From the NCBI GenBank assembly GCA_015522645.1, contig WALV01000019.1, positions 40,284 through 104,283 on the forward strand: a DNA stretch of 64,000 bases, written 5' to 3'. Each line of letters starts with the position of its first letter. Position 1 is the stretch's first letter. The DNA comes from Candidatus Tiamatella sp. GTDB taxonomy: Archaea > Thermoproteota > Thermoprotei_A > Sulfolobales > Acidilobaceae. The position numbers and the translations under genes are program-made. This document shows positions 1-10,514 of the stretch, one piece after another. Below the pieces are notes generated by a model. That model was not told the DNA's origin, made no database searches, and saw nothing but the letters and a program-made list of their open reading frames with translations.

Positions 1-86
1 CAATTGAAGCCGCATATGCTGTTCTGCTTAAACGAATAGAAGACACTGAGCTGGTTGAGAAAGCATTAAGTGATGCAGGTAATTGA
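1..86 (+). CDS. 3' end of an upstream gene (partial, function unknown)
   Basis: Open frame from the window edge (...IEAAYAVLLKRIEDTELVEKALSDAGN*) with TGA at 84-86. It overlaps the start of the next gene by 17 nt. Confidence 0.4.
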   Translation, partial: IEAAYAVLLKRIEDTELVEKALSDAGN

Positions 87-1815
87 ATTGGTGTCTAGCA
101 GACCGAGGTATATGAATATTGGCAAGTTAAGCCCAAGAGAGATCATAACCTTCTCCAGACTTATAGAGACTTATTCCATTCTATACGGCCTTGAAGGAAA
201 AATGGAGGGAACCGACCTTAACCTTCTTTGCAGATCATTAGGCGTATGCTCTGGACCCGCTATGGAACTAAGACGTGCTGTAAATCCGGAAGCGATTATT
301 GAGGAATCCCTATCAACTCTCGGATTACATTATGGGGATCGGTTTAGAAGGAGAGACATATATAATGCACATGACTACAGGAAAGCTGTTACGAGTTTTT
401 TATTCCTGAAACGCTTGGGTGTGATACAGGAAACCAAGTCAGGTTTACATAGGGTGTTAGATAAAAAGGAAACTCAAAGCCTGGTGAAACAGTTCAAAGA
501 TAACAAGGCGTCTTTGGAGGAGGTTATTGGGAAATCAAAGGCCGGTTGGGGCAGGGATGATCTTTTGATGGAAGCAGAAGTTAAGAGTGACCCAAGCCCG
601 TATCTATCCTTTTTAAGTAGTAAGCGGTTGCTGGATATTTTATCTGCACGGGTAAGGAAAAAGGACTGGGAGACAGTTAGTAAGGTAGTTAGGGAATTGA
701 ATTCCAGGATAAATAGACTCAGTAATAGGGAAATCACGAGGCTGGCACGGGAAGTAGAGAATAACCCGAGAATAGCTAACAGTCAACTTATTGGGAACTT
801 GTTGAAAAGAAAGCCATCACTTAGGAATCGTTTGGCTAAAAGTCAAATAGAACCTAGAACAATTCGTAACCATAACGAGTGCACCCAAACGTCCAACGGT
901 TACTCGAGAAGCATGGGGGGCTCACAATCTTTCTCCCATTATTTACGAAGATACCTGGAAACCGGTAATCCAGGATACCTAGATATGGCGCTCTCCTCGG
1001 TTAAGGAGGAAGACGACTATCCGTTATATGCCCGGTTAGTCAGGTACATTGAAGCTGAAGGTGAAAGCGTGCATGCCAAGATGATTGGTTTGGCGTATAG
1101 ACTACTTTATCCTGAAACCGACATGATTCCAAGAATCATAGCGGGTAAACGTGTTAAGCGAAGGTTAATTTCTTTTCTCAGGGACAGAATACTTTTAGAA
1201 GCGAAGGCCGGTAAAAAGAAGATATCAAGGAAGATCTACACGGACTCTAGGAGTGGAGGACGTTTAGATATAAGGCGGAGTTCCTTCCGTCTAGCAAGGT
1301 TCCATAATAGACCATTGATCTATAGAAGGAATGTAAGGAAGCATGGTGCAGTACTTGTCGTGGATACTAGTGGTAGCCTTTCAAAGTTCTCGGGTGAAGT
1401 CATATTTTATTCTTCACTATTCTCTAGGTTAGTCGAGAACCTCGTAGTGTTCTCAGAGGAATCACATGTATTCAAATGCAGGGAAAAATGTAGTATTGAT
1501 TCAATACTTGACAAGCTGTCTTTTGGGGGCAATACAGATTTAGTCAATGTGTTGGAAGCAGCGGTCGGTTTATCCAGGTCATATAGGAAAATAATCGTCA
1601 TAAGCGATCTCAAACACAATGTCAGTAGTAGATATATGCTCGTAAAGAAGGTTGGGGAAATTCTGGCAATGCAGAGGAAAATTGTTTTCATCCTAGTAGG
1701 AGACTATGATAAAAAGAATTCGATTGTCCTGTCGGATATTGGTGCTAGAGTGGTTTTACCGGGGAATATTAGAGAATTGAAACGAATTCTTTATAGGGAG
1801 CTCTTATCACACTGA
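70..1815 (+). CDS. VWA (von Willebrand A) domain protein, CoxE/ViaA-like, with a long uncharacterised N-terminal region
   Basis: The C-terminal ~170 aa carry a MIDAS-like motif (VLVVDTSGSLS ... GGNTDL ... IIVISD). The N-terminal ~400 aa are basic/helical with no motif I recognise. Confidence 0.6.
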   Translation: MMQVIELVSSRPRYMNIGKLSPREIITFSRLIETYSILYGLEGKMEGTDLNLLCRSLGVCSGPAMELRRAVNPEAIIEESLSTLGLHYGDRFRRRDIYNAHDYRKAVTSFLFLKRLGVIQETKSGLHRVLDKKETQSLVKQFKDNKASLEEVIGKSKAGWGRDDLLMEAEVKSDPSPYLSFLSSKRLLDILSARVRKKDWETVSKVVRELNSRINRLSNREITRLAREVENNPRIANSQLIGNLLKRKPSLRNRLAKSQIEPRTIRNHNECTQTSNGYSRSMGGSQSFSHYLRRYLETGNPGYLDMALSSVKEEDDYPLYARLVRYIEAEGESVHAKMIGLAYRLLYPETDMIPRIIAGKRVKRRLISFLRDRILLEAKAGKKKISRKIYTDSRSGGRLDIRRSSFRLARFHNRPLIYRRNVRKHGAVLVVDTSGSLSKFSGEVIFYSSLFSRLVENLVVFSEESHVFKCREKCSIDSILDKLSFGGNTDLVNVLEAAVGLSRSYRKIIVISDLKHNVSSRYMLVKKVGEILAMQRKIVFILVGDYDKKNSIVLSDIGARVVLPGNIRELKRILYRELLSH

Positions 1816-1900
1816 TCATAGGAGATTAACAATTTTAAAGGGATTTACTTATATTGGTGTTAGAGCAGTGGTTGGATATAAGGGTGTGGAATAGTTGAGC

Positions 1901-2323
1901 ATGCAAGAGATACCAGTTGAATGGAAGAAATTCAGCTATAGAGGGAAGTCGTTGGAAGAACTTATCAATATGTCTATGGACGAGTTCGTGAATATGTTGC
2001 CTTCGAGGCAGCGTAGGAGTCTACGCAGAGGGTTTACACAAGCTCAGATCAAGCTACTTCTAAAGATAAGGAAAGCAAAGCAAAGGCTTGCCCAAGGCAA
2101 GAGGGTTGTAGTGAAAACGCATGTAAGGGATATGATAATCCTACCGGAAATGATTGGGGCCACAGTAGCTGTATATAACGGTAAAGAATACGTGCCCGTC
2201 CGGATTGTACCGGAAATGATTGGGCATTATCTAGGAGAGTTCAGTCCTTCAACTAAAATCGTCCAGCACGGAGAACCCGGTTTGAAAGCTACTAGGTCAA
2301 GCCTACATATAGGACAGAAGTGA
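1901..2323 (+). CDS. rps19: 30S ribosomal protein S19 (uS19)
   Basis: Sequence [14 protein letters not shown]...[12 protein letters not shown]...GHYLGEF and operon position. ATG at 1901 is preferred over TTG at 1895. Confidence 0.95.
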   Translation: MQEIPVEWKKFSYRGKSLEELINMSMDEFVNMLPSRQRRSLRRGFTQAQIKLLLKIRKAKQRLAQGKRVVVKTHVRDMIILPEMIGATVAVYNGKEYVPVRIVPEMIGHYLGEFSPSTKIVQHGEPGLKATRSSLHIGQK

Positions 2324-2334
2324 GGTGAGTACCG

Positions 2335-2805
2335 GTGCCCGTATGGGAATATTCCTTTAAAACAAGAGAAGAATCCAATATGGCTAAGGCTGTGCTTAAA
2401 GATGTACCGGTACATCCGAAAGTCATGTATGAAGTCATGAATACCATAAGGGGTAAACCTCTGGGCGATGCCATGGATTTCCTTGAACGTGTGATAGAGA
2501 AGAAAGAGGCAGTCCCCTTTAGGAGATATAGTGGAAAACAAGCCCATAAAAGAGGTCTAGGAGCAAAATGGGGATGGTCTGCTGGTAGATACCCGGTAAA
2601 AGCGGCTGACTATGTTTTAAAGCTACTGAGGAATGCTGAGAACAACGCTGACGTGAAAGGCTTAGATATTGAGAGATTAAGAATAAAGCATATTGCAGCT
2701 CACAAAGGGATGGTTATAAAGCGATACATGCCTCGGGCATATGGAAGATCGAGTCCTAAAAACAAGGTTAGTAGCCACATAGAAGTTGTCGTAGAGGAGG
2801 TGTAA
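2335..2805 (+). CDS. rpl22: 50S ribosomal protein L22 (uL22)
   Basis: Follows S19. Typical archaeal L22 sequence (AKAVLKDVPVHPK...IKHIAAHKG). Confidence 0.95.
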   Translation: MPVWEYSFKTREESNMAKAVLKDVPVHPKVMYEVMNTIRGKPLGDAMDFLERVIEKKEAVPFRRYSGKQAHKRGLGAKWGWSAGRYPVKAADYVLKLLRNAENNADVKGLDIERLRIKHIAAHKGMVIKRYMPRAYGRSSPKNKVSSHIEVVVEEV

Positions 2806-2810
2806 TAGTT

Positions 2811-3524
2811 TTGGTGCTAATAAAAAGGTATTTCATAAAGCAAGCCATGCAAAAAACAATGATAGATGAGTATTTAGCAAAGCAGTTCGCAAGAGCACGG
2901 TACAGCGGTGTTGACATAGTTCAAACACCTATAGGTACGCGAGTTACTATTTTTGCTGAAAGGCCAGCACTGATAATAGGGGCTAGAGGAGCCACTGTCC
3001 GGAAGATAACTCAGGTTCTCGAGAACATTTTCCATTTGCCTAACCCTCAAGTTTCAGTTATGAATGTAGAAAACCCAGACCTCGATGCGAGAGTTAATGC
3101 TTTTAGAATAGCCAGTAATATAGAGAAAGGATATCACTTCCGTAGAGTTGCCTTTATATCTCTTAGAAGAATAATGCAGGCAGGAGCGTATGGTGCGGAG
3201 ATAGTAATAAGCGGTAAACTAACAAGTGAAAGAGCACGTTTCGAGAAATATAGGGCAGGCAAGATATACAAAACCGGCGAACACACTGACTATGTAGTTG
3301 ATAGGGCAATAGCCCATGCCTTACTCAAAAAGGGTATCATAGGAGTTCAGGTAACTATAGTTAGACCCGGAACACTGGGAGATCATGTTAGGATCAAAGA
3401 CGATAAAGAGGTTGCGGATTTCGTTAACTCGTTGAGAGAGCAGAGGAAGGCAGAGGAGGAAATCGAGGAAATACTTGAAGAAGCAGAGGAGGAAATCACG
3501 GGTGAAAAAACTGAAGAGCCTTAG
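2811..3524 (+). CDS. rps3: 30S ribosomal protein S3 (uS3)
   Basis: KH-domain S3 sequence (IFAERPALIIGARGATVRKI) with an acidic C-terminal tail. Position fits the conserved operon order. Confidence 0.95.
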   Translation: MVLIKRYFIKQAMQKTMIDEYLAKQFARARYSGVDIVQTPIGTRVTIFAERPALIIGARGATVRKITQVLENIFHLPNPQVSVMNVENPDLDARVNAFRIASNIEKGYHFRRVAFISLRRIMQAGAYGAEIVISGKLTSERARFEKYRAGKIYKTGEHTDYVVDRAIAHALLKKGIIGVQVTIVRPGTLGDHVRIKDDKEVADFVNSLREQRKAEEEIEEILEEAEEEITGEKTEEP

Positions 3525-3542
3525 GAGAAGAGGTGGTTAGCC

Positions 3543-3743
3543 GTGAAGATTAGTGAAATCAGGAATATGACACGAGAAGAGAGAACTAAAAAACTAGAAG
3601 AACTCCGCCAAGAGCTGATTAACCTTGAAGGAAAGGTTAGAGGAGGAGTTGTTGAGAGCCCGGGGAGGATAAAAGTTATCAAAAGAGACATAGCTCGCAT
3701 ACTGACTGTTAATAGAGAAGAAGAGTTGAAGAAACACGGTTAA
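3543..3743 (+). CDS. rpl29: 50S ribosomal protein L29 (uL29)
   Basis: 66-aa helical protein (IRNMTREERTKKLEELRQELINL) directly after S3. Confidence 0.9.
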   Translation: MKISEIRNMTREERTKKLEELRQELINLEGKVRGGVVESPGRIKVIKRDIARILTVNREEELKKHG

Positions 3744-3863
3744 CCCTGTTTTACCGGGTTATTCAATAATTCGTATCCTACGTAAAACAGGTCGGTTAGT
3801 TACAGAGCATCTAGCTTCTCCGTTCTTATAATGAAATAATATTGAGAATATTTTTGTCTAGGT

Positions 3864-4157
3864 GTGAAAATATTGAGAATAACTGGTAAAAATATTGTGA
3901 AACACGAGCTTATAGGATTGCCGGTGAAAGTGGTTAAACACGTCAACCGGTTGCTTGAAAACATTGAAGGGCGTGTGTGGTGGGAGACAAAGAATATGTT
4001 GTGGATAAAACGCGAAGACAGTAGGGTAGTTAAAGTATTTAAGGCCAGTGGGGTATTCATGTTTAGACTACCCGATAATACTTGGGTTAAAGTAAACGGA
4101 GAACTAATAAACCACAGACCAGAAGATAGGGTGAAAGAGGCGTTTAGACGCGGGTAA
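3864..4157 (+). CDS. rnp1: RNase P protein component 1 (Rpp29/Pop4 homologue)
   Basis: HELIGLPVKVV...GRVWWETKNML...HRPEDR motifs. It occupies the conserved archaeal slot between L29 and S17. Confidence 0.85.
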   Translation: MKILRITGKNIVKHELIGLPVKVVKHVNRLLENIEGRVWWETKNMLWIKREDSRVVKVFKASGVFMFRLPDNTWVKVNGELINHRPEDRVKEAFRRG

Positions 4158-4165
4158 GATAGGAG

Positions 4166-4525
4166 GTGTATGTGTTGCCTGTAAGGAAGCTGGTTAAAAA
4201 TGTTGGAATACCTGGATTAGAGCCGCCGAAGAGAACATGTGATAGCCCTTACTGTCCCTGGCATGGTGAAATTAAGGTTAGAGGAGTAGTTCTCACAGGA
4301 GAAGTTGTGAAAACAAAGACTCCAACAATGGTCGTCGTCTCTCACAGCTACCTATACTACTCGAGAAAGTATAAAAGATACGAGAAGAGAACTAAGAAAA
4401 TCCATGCTTACCTTCCTCCTTGTATTGATGTTAAGGAAGGGGACATGGTTGTGATAGGGGAAACTAGGCCTATTTCAAAGACGATTAAATTTGTTGTAAT
4501 AGGACATAAGAGGAGGGTGGATTAG
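4166..4525 (+). CDS. rps17: 30S ribosomal protein S17 (uS17)
   Basis: OB-fold S17 sequence ([11 protein letters not shown]...[12 protein letters not shown]) and operon order. Confidence 0.9.
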   Translation: MYVLPVRKLVKNVGIPGLEPPKRTCDSPYCPWHGEIKVRGVVLTGEVVKTKTPTMVVVSHSYLYYSRKYKRYEKRTKKIHAYLPPCIDVKEGDMVVIGETRPISKTIKFVVIGHKRRVD

Positions 4526-4526
4526 A

Positions 4527-4949
4527 ATGCCGTCTAAGGTAAAGGTTAGTATTTCAGCTTCCAGGAGAAAAATAAATGCTGGACTTCAAGTGGGAAGCCG
4601 TGTGTATACCGCGGATAACAGCGGTGCTAAAGAAGTCCTCATTATAGGAGTTCCAGGTTATAAGGGAAGACTTAGGAGACTCGCCTTCGCAGGTGTTGGG
4701 GACATAGTTGTTGTCTCAGTAAAGAAGGGGACCCCTAATATGAGGAGGCAAATAGTCCATGCTGTTATAGTACGCCAAAAGCGGCCCTTTAGAAGGTCAG
4801 ATGGAACATGGATATCGTTTGAGGACAACGCTGTTGTTATAGTAAACCCTGATGGAACCCCTAGAGGTTCAGAAATACGAGGACCCATAGCTAAGGAGGC
4901 AGCTGAAAGGTTCCCGAGAATAGCTAACCTAGCTACACTCATAATTTAG
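4527..4949 (+). CDS. rpl14: 50S ribosomal protein L14 (uL14)
   Basis: ADNSGAKE...[11 protein letters not shown]...GPIAKE motifs. Confidence 0.95.
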   Translation: MPSKVKVSISASRRKINAGLQVGSRVYTADNSGAKEVLIIGVPGYKGRLRRLAFAGVGDIVVVSVKKGTPNMRRQIVHAVIVRQKRPFRRSDGTWISFEDNAVVIVNPDGTPRGSEIRGPIAKEAAERFPRIANLATLII

Positions 4950-4961
4950 GGGGGATATGAA

Positions 4962-5342
4962 ATGGCTAGACTAACAAAGAGTAGGCAGCCAAGGAAACAG
5001 AGGAAAGCATTGTATAATGCTCCTTTTCACTTAAGGCAGAAACAAGTGACAGCCGTCCTGTCTAGGGAGCTAAGGGAGAAGTTCGGTGTTAGAAATCTCC
5101 CTGTACATAAAGGTGATAGAGTAAGAGTGTTGAGAGGCGAGTTCAAAGGAGTAGAAGGAAACGTTGTTAAAGTTAATCTCTCCTCGTATATCCTAAACAT
5201 AGACGGTGTCACTAGAAAGAAAGCTAGCGGGGACCAGGTATTCGCTCCTATTCACCCATCCAATGTGATGATAATCAAGCTGAACTTGGACGATGAAAAG
5301 AGAAGATCCATACTTGAGAGAAGAGGGCATACCGAAGAGTAA
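4962..5342 (+). CDS. rpl24: 50S ribosomal protein L24 (uL24)
   Basis: KOW motif ([21 protein letters not shown]) and operon order. Confidence 0.9.
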   Translation: MARLTKSRQPRKQRKALYNAPFHLRQKQVTAVLSRELREKFGVRNLPVHKGDRVRVLRGEFKGVEGNVVKVNLSSYILNIDGVTRKKASGDQVFAPIHPSNVMIIKLNLDDEKRRSILERRGHTEE

Positions 5343-5390
5343 CTATATAATACCAGAACGGATTAGGTTGTATGGAGAGGTGTAGATAGA

Positions 5391-6152
5391 ATGGCTAGAA
5401 TGGGTGGACAGAGGAGGTTGAAAGCACTTAATACGCCCGCGTTTTGGCCTATACTTAGGAAAAAATATAAATGGTCCGTCAAACCGAGACCGGGCCCTCA
5501 TTCCTCACACACGGGTCTCCCACTCCTGATTATAGTTCGGAACGTGCTTGGTCTAGCTGATACTTCCAGAGAGGCTAGGAAGATTATTTCTGAAGGCCAT
5601 ATAGAAGTGGATGGGAAGATCAGAAAAGACTATAAGTATCCTGTAGGGTTTATGGATGTAATAAGAATAGTAGATACAGACGAGTCATATAGACTTATCC
5701 CCTATCCCGTCAAGTTCTTTGCTCTTCAACCGATAAGTAAGGAAGAGAGCAAGTATAAGTTGTCATTTATAAGGAACAAGGCTACGGTAAAGGGGGGTCA
5801 TATTCAATTAAACCTCCATGACGGGAGGAATCTTGTCGTAAAGGTTCAAGATCCACGGAACCCTGTTGAAGACGTATTTAAGACTCTAGGAACTCTAAAG
5901 ATAAGCCTTCCTGAACAGGAGATACTTAGCTATTATCCATTTGAAGTTAATTCAATTGCAATAGTAATAGGAGGAAGGAATGTTGGTAGAGTAGGTAGAA
6001 TAGTTGAATATAAAAGAGGTATGAGGCTTTACCGTGGAGTAGTTACTATTGAAGACGTACATGGAAGGAAATTCCAGACTAGTATGGATCACATTTTCGT
6101 GGTTGGTAAAGAAAACCCTGAAATAAGCCTACCGGAGGATGCGTGGAAGTGA
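5391..6152 (+). CDS. rps4e: 30S ribosomal protein S4e (eS4)
   Basis: Typical eS4 N-terminus (GGQRRLKALNTPAFWPILRKKYKW), S4 and KOW regions. Confidence 0.95.
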   Translation: MARMGGQRRLKALNTPAFWPILRKKYKWSVKPRPGPHSSHTGLPLLIIVRNVLGLADTSREARKIISEGHIEVDGKIRKDYKYPVGFMDVIRIVDTDESYRLIPYPVKFFALQPISKEESKYKLSFIRNKATVKGGHIQLNLHDGRNLVVKVQDPRNPVEDVFKTLGTLKISLPEQEILSYYPFEVNSIAIVIGGRNVGRVGRIVEYKRGMRLYRGVVTIEDVHGRKFQTSMDHIFVVGKENPEISLPEDAWK

Positions 6153-6712
6153 GCGGTGTTTTATCAACGGAGATATATAGCCAAGTGCTAGAAACGTGGA
6201 GAAAAAGCCCTATGCAGAAGCCTAAGATTTCCAAGGTTACGGTAAACGTCAGTCTAGGGTATGGTGGAGAGCGCCTCCAGAGAGTAGCTAAATTCCTCGA
6301 ATCATATACTGGCCAGAAACCTGTTTACAGGAAAGCCAAGAGAACTATAAGAGCGTTTGGAGTCAGGAAAGGCGAAAGTATAGCTGTAATGGTGACCCTG
6401 AGGAAAGATAAGGCCATTAACTTCTTGGACAAAGCTCTTGAGGCAGTAACTAGGAAGCTCAAAGCTTCAAGTATTGATAAGCATGGGAATATTTCGTTTG
6501 GTATAGAAGAGCATATCTCTTTGCCTGGAGTTAAATATGATCCTGAACTGGGTATAATAGGTATGGATGTGATTATAACTATAGAAAAAGCCGGATATAG
6601 AATTACCAGGAGAAAAAGGAATAGGAAAAGACACATTTCACTACGTCATAGAGTGAAACCGGAGGAAACAATGGTTTTACTCTCCGAGACGCTTAATGTA
6701 CAATGGATTTGA
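6143..6712 (+). CDS. rpl5: 50S ribosomal protein L5 (uL5)
   Basis: [11 protein letters not shown]...[25 protein letters not shown]. Confidence 0.95.
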   Translation: MEVSGVLSTEIYSQVLETWRKSPMQKPKISKVTVNVSLGYGGERLQRVAKFLESYTGQKPVYRKAKRTIRAFGVRKGESIAVMVTLRKDKAINFLDKALEAVTRKLKASSIDKHGNISFGIEEHISLPGVKYDPELGIIGMDVIITIEKAGYRITRRKRNRKRHISLRHRVKPEETMVLLSETLNVQWI

Positions 6713-6725
6713 GGGGTGTTGGTAT

Positions 6726-6890
6726 ATGGGTAAGTATAGGCCTCCTAAGCCTAAAATCATGGGTCGTGGAGCTCAGAAATGTATGAGGTGCGGTACAAGA
6801 GACGCTGTTATACAGAAATACGGCATTTACCTTTGCAGGCAATGCTTCAGGGAATTAGCTCCTTCCCTAGGATTTAAGAAGTACAGTTAA
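6726..6890 (+). CDS. rps14: 30S ribosomal protein S14 type Z (uS14)
   Basis: CxxC...CxxC zinc form ([26 protein letters not shown]). ATG at 6726 is preferred over the longer ORF start at 6696. Confidence 0.9.
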   Translation: MGKYRPPKPKIMGRGAQKCMRCGTRDAVIQKYGIYLCRQCFRELAPSLGFKKYS

Positions 6891-6891
6891 G

Positions 6892-7302
6892 GTGAATGAA
6901 ATGGTAATGCTTGATACACTAGCAAATGCCTTAACATCGATATACAATGCATCTGTTAGGAACAAGAAAGAAGTCATAATAATGCCTTCGTCAAAGCTGA
7001 TAGCTTCAGTATTGAAGGTCATGCAAAGGGAAGGATACATTGGTGAATTCGAATACATTGATGATGGTAGGTGGGGTAAATTCAAAGTTCAACTACTGGG
7101 AAGGATCAATAAAACTGGTGTAATAAAACCTAGAATTTCTGTAAGCTACAAGAATCTCCGGAAAATGCCTGTGGAACTACAGAAATTCCTTCCAAGCAGA
7201 GACATAGGCGTCCTCATAATATCTACTCCTCATGGAGTTATGAGCCACAAGGAAGCGATAGAAAAGAAGACTGGTGGTATTCTACTAGCATACGTGTATT
7301 AA
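6892..7302 (+). CDS. rps8: 30S ribosomal protein S8 (uS8)
   Basis: [14 protein letters not shown]...GGILLAYVY. Confidence 0.95.
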   Translation: MNEMVMLDTLANALTSIYNASVRNKKEVIIMPSSKLIASVLKVMQREGYIGEFEYIDDGRWGKFKVQLLGRINKTGVIKPRISVSYKNLRKMPVELQKFLPSRDIGVLIISTPHGVMSHKEAIEKKTGGILLAYVY

Positions 7303-7316
7303 GAGGTGATGACCCT

Positions 7317-7868
7317 ATGGTGAAAGATGTTCATGTAAGAAGGGAAGTGGAAATCCCTGACAAGGTTAATGTTGAAATTGAAGGCCTGAAAGTTGCTGTT
7401 GAAGGGCCTAAGGGTAAGCTGGAGAGAGACTTCAGTCATCTAAAGCCTTTGATATTAAGGAAAGAGGGTGATAAGATTGTTGCAGAAGCATATTTCGCGA
7501 ACGCCAGGGATAGAGCTAAGATTGGAACGGTAATAGCCCATATAAGGAACATGTTTATTGGGGTGACAAAAGGCTATAAGTACTATTTGAAAATAATATT
7601 CTCTCACTTCCCTATTACAGTGAAAGTTGAAGACGATAAGGTGCTCATTAACAACTTCCTAGGTGAAAGGTCTCCTAGAATTGCAAGGGTAATGCCTGGT
7701 GTGAAAGTTTCAGTAAAAGGAGAGGATGTTATTGTAGAAGGAATAGATGTCGAAGCTGTCGGTCAGACCGCTGCAAACATTGAATTAGCAACCAAGGTAA
7801 AGGGATTCGATAGGAGAAAGTTCATGGATGGAGTTTACATTTACAAAAAGAAGGTGATTGAAGAATGA
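7317..7868 (+). CDS. rpl6: 50S ribosomal protein L6 (uL6)
   Basis: Two-domain L6 sequence and operon order. Confidence 0.95.
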   Translation: MVKDVHVRREVEIPDKVNVEIEGLKVAVEGPKGKLERDFSHLKPLILRKEGDKIVAEAYFANARDRAKIGTVIAHIRNMFIGVTKGYKYYLKIIFSHFPITVKVEDDKVLINNFLGERSPRIARVMPGVKVSVKGEDVIVEGIDVEAVGQTAANIELATKVKGFDRRKFMDGVYIYKKKVIEE

Positions 7869-8260
7869 GTAGTGGGAACCTGAGTAAAGTCAGGAATAGA
7901 ATCTATAGGTATAGGAAAAGGAAGATAGAATTCGTACGATACCTTTCATGGAGGTTTTGGAAGCTGGGAAGGAAGGAATCGTGGAGGAAGCCTAAAGGAA
8001 TAGATAGTAAAATGAGGCTACAGCTTAAAGGATATCCGCCTATTGTGAAGATAGGTTACAGTAGTCCCAAGGATATACGGGGGCTACATCCATCAGGGTT
8101 AAAACCTGTGATAGTTAAATCGCTCAGGGATTTGGAAACCGTTAACCCAGAACGCGATATAGTTTATATTGCTTCTTCTGTTGGATTGAGGTTGAAGAGT
8201 AAAATTATTGAAGCCGCTCGTGAACGAGGTATTAGAATAGTGAATGGAGGGATGATGTGA
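7865..8260 (+). CDS. rpl32e: 50S ribosomal protein L32e (eL32)
   Basis: WRKPKGIDSKMR...GYSSPKDIRGLHPSG. Confidence 0.9.
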   Translation: MSSGNLSKVRNRIYRYRKRKIEFVRYLSWRFWKLGRKESWRKPKGIDSKMRLQLKGYPPIVKIGYSSPKDIRGLHPSGLKPVIVKSLRDLETVNPERDIVYIASSVGLRLKSKIIEAARERGIRIVNGGMM

Positions 8261-8718
8261 TGAATTATAGGTTGCAGAAAAGGCTTGCTGCTGAAGTCTT
8301 AGGAGTGGGAGGGTCGAGGGTTTGGATTAATCCAGACCCGGATATGTCCGACGATATTGCAGACGCAATAACCAGGGAAGATATAAGGGGGCTTATGAGG
8401 CAAGGACTCATAAGTGTGAAACCGAAGAAAGGTAATAGCCATAGTGGGTGGCTTGAGAGGAGGGAGAAGAGGAGGAAAGGTCATAGAAGAGGTTATGGTA
8501 AGAGGAAAGGTGTTAAGAGCGCACGTTTAGATCCCAAGGAGGATTGGATTAGTAGGATCAGGAAAATGAGGCGATACTTGAGGTACCTCAGAGACAAGGA
8601 AGTAATAGATAGGAAAACATACAGAAGACTTTATAGACTAGCGAAAGGAGGAATGTTCAGTAACCTAAGCAGTCTCAAGAGGTACATGCATGACCACGGT
8701 ATATTACAAGAGGAGTAG
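8257..8718 (+). CDS. rpl19e: 50S ribosomal protein L19e (eL19)
   Basis: LQKRLAAEVLGVGGSRVWI...RRKGHRRGYGKRKG. Confidence 0.9.
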   Translation: MMNYRLQKRLAAEVLGVGGSRVWINPDPDMSDDIADAITREDIRGLMRQGLISVKPKKGNSHSGWLERREKRRKGHRRGYGKRKGVKSARLDPKEDWISRIRKMRRYLRYLRDKEVIDRKTYRRLYRLAKGGMFSNLSSLKRYMHDHGILQEE

Positions 8719-8730
8719 AGGTGTATTTTC

Positions 8731-9360
8731 ATGGGTAGAGGTCCTAGATACAAGGTGCCGAGGAGAAGGAGGAGGGAAGGAAAGACGAACTACAGGAAAC
8801 GTTACATAGTTGTTATGTCGAGGAAAACACGGCTAGTGGTTAGGCCTTCCTTAAAGTACGTCAGCATCCAAATTATAAAAGCGAAGCCAGAAGGAGATGA
8901 AACAATAGCTGCTGCTCACAGCAGAGAGCTAGTTAAAAAATATGGATGGAAAGGTGGGGCATCAAATACTCCTGCCGCTTATCTAACAGGTTTTCTAGCA
9001 GGACTAAGGGCTTTGAAGGAAGGAGTGAAGGAAGCTGTACTTGATATAGGTTTCGTGACCACGGTTCCAGGTGGTAAGGTTTTCGCAGCCCTTAAAGGAG
9101 CGATTGACGCGGGATTAAGCATTCCCCATAGTGAGGAGATGATACCTGGAGATGATAGAATAAAGGGCGAACATATAGCTAGATACACTTCAACCCTTAA
9201 AGGAGAGCACCCAGAGAAATACGAACGCTTGTTCTCACAGTACCTCAGGAATGGTCTCTCGCCAGAAGACCTAGCTTCTCATTTCGAGGAAGTATTGTCT
9301 AAGATAAAGGAGGAATATAAGGACGTTATATCTAATCGGGAGGAGGTTGTTGAAGCTTGA
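8731..9360 (+). CDS. rpl18: 50S ribosomal protein L18 (uL18)
   Basis: [13 protein letters not shown]...[11 protein letters not shown]...NTPAAYLTG. Confidence 0.9.
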   Translation: MGRGPRYKVPRRRRREGKTNYRKRYIVVMSRKTRLVVRPSLKYVSIQIIKAKPEGDETIAAAHSRELVKKYGWKGGASNTPAAYLTGFLAGLRALKEGVKEAVLDIGFVTTVPGGKVFAALKGAIDAGLSIPHSEEMIPGDDRIKGEHIARYTSTLKGEHPEKYERLFSQYLRNGLSPEDLASHFEEVLSKIKEEYKDVISNREEVVEA

Positions 9361-9995
9361 GTATACAGGTAGAAGGATCCTGGGAACCTAGAACCAGAGT
9401 AGGGAAAATGGTAAAGGAAGGTATGATAACTAACATAGAGGAAATATTTGCGAGAAACATGCCCATCTTAGAGCCTGAAATAGTGGACGTATTACTCCCT
9501 GGTTTGAAGCATGAGGTACTAGACGTTAGAATAGTCCAGAAAATGACGGACGCCGGTAGAGTCACCAAGTTTAGAGCAACAGTTGTTGTAGGAAACGAGA
9601 ATGGATTCGTAGGCATAGGTAAAGGAAAAGCAAGGCAGTTACGTCAGGCCATAGAAAAAGCCATAGTAAATGCGAAGTTGAACATAACGCCTGTTAGAAG
9701 AGGATGTGGAAGCTGGGAGTGTACCTGTGGAGAAGCCCACTCCGTGCCGTATACTGCGAGAGGGAAGAGCGGGAGTGTAGAAGTGGTATTGAAACCCGCT
9801 CCGAAGGGTACAGGGCTTGTCATAGGTGATGCAGCAAAAGTGGTGCTAAGGCTAGCAGGTATAAAAGACGTTTGGAGCCAAACTAGGGGGGAAACAAGGA
9901 CAACGTACAATTTTGCTCGAGCGACGTACAATGCATTAAGGAATACTTACTATTTCGTGACACCAGTAGATTGGCTGAAAGCTTCAAAGATGTAA
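9357..9995 (+). CDS. rps5: 30S ribosomal protein S5 (uS5)
   Basis: [11 protein letters not shown]...[17 protein letters not shown]...[21 protein letters not shown]. Confidence 0.95.
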   Translation: MSIQVEGSWEPRTRVGKMVKEGMITNIEEIFARNMPILEPEIVDVLLPGLKHEVLDVRIVQKMTDAGRVTKFRATVVVGNENGFVGIGKGKARQLRQAIEKAIVNAKLNITPVRRGCGSWECTCGEAHSVPYTARGKSGSVEVVLKPAPKGTGLVIGDAAKVVLRLAGIKDVWSQTRGETRTTYNFARATYNALRNTYYFVTPVDWLKASKM

Positions 9996-10010
9996 AGAAG
10001 GTGAACCATT

Positions 10011-10502
10011 ATGGATAGCGACCAAAAACTTTTCCTAATTATCCGAATCAGGGGGACGGCAGACTTATATCCAGACGTTAAGTATACACTTGACCTTCTT
10101 AGGCTGAGAAGAAAGTTTGCTGCAACACTATATCACACAAGCCTCAATGGTCTTAGAGACATGTTAAGAAAGGTTGAATACTGGACTACCTACGGAGAAA
10201 TTAACAAAGAAACATTAATCCAACTACTAGAAAAAAGAGGCAGATTAGTTGGAGATAAGCCTCTAACTGATGATTGGGTAAAAGAAAACTTAGGCCTCAA
10301 TGGGATAGAAAAACTTGCCGATAAATTGCTAAATGGAGAAATTCACTACCATAAGCTTGAGAAGAAAGGCGTTAAACCGTTCTTTAGGCTACACCCCCCA
10401 CGCAAAGGGTTTAACAAATCTATAAAAAGACACTACCATGATGAAGGAGAACTAGGTTATCGGGGTCCGGACATAAACGACCTAGTGAAAAGAATGATCT
10501 AG
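10011..10502 (+). CDS. rpl30: 50S ribosomal protein L30 (uL30)
   Basis: LIIRIRGTADLYPDVKYTLDLLRLRR, the archaeal long form. Confidence 0.9.
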   Translation: MDSDQKLFLIIRIRGTADLYPDVKYTLDLLRLRRKFAATLYHTSLNGLRDMLRKVEYWTTYGEINKETLIQLLEKRGRLVGDKPLTDDWVKENLGLNGIEKLADKLLNGEIHYHKLEKKGVKPFFRLHPPRKGFNKSIKRHYHDEGELGYRGPDINDLVKRMI

Positions 10503-10514
10503 AGGTGAATTAAC

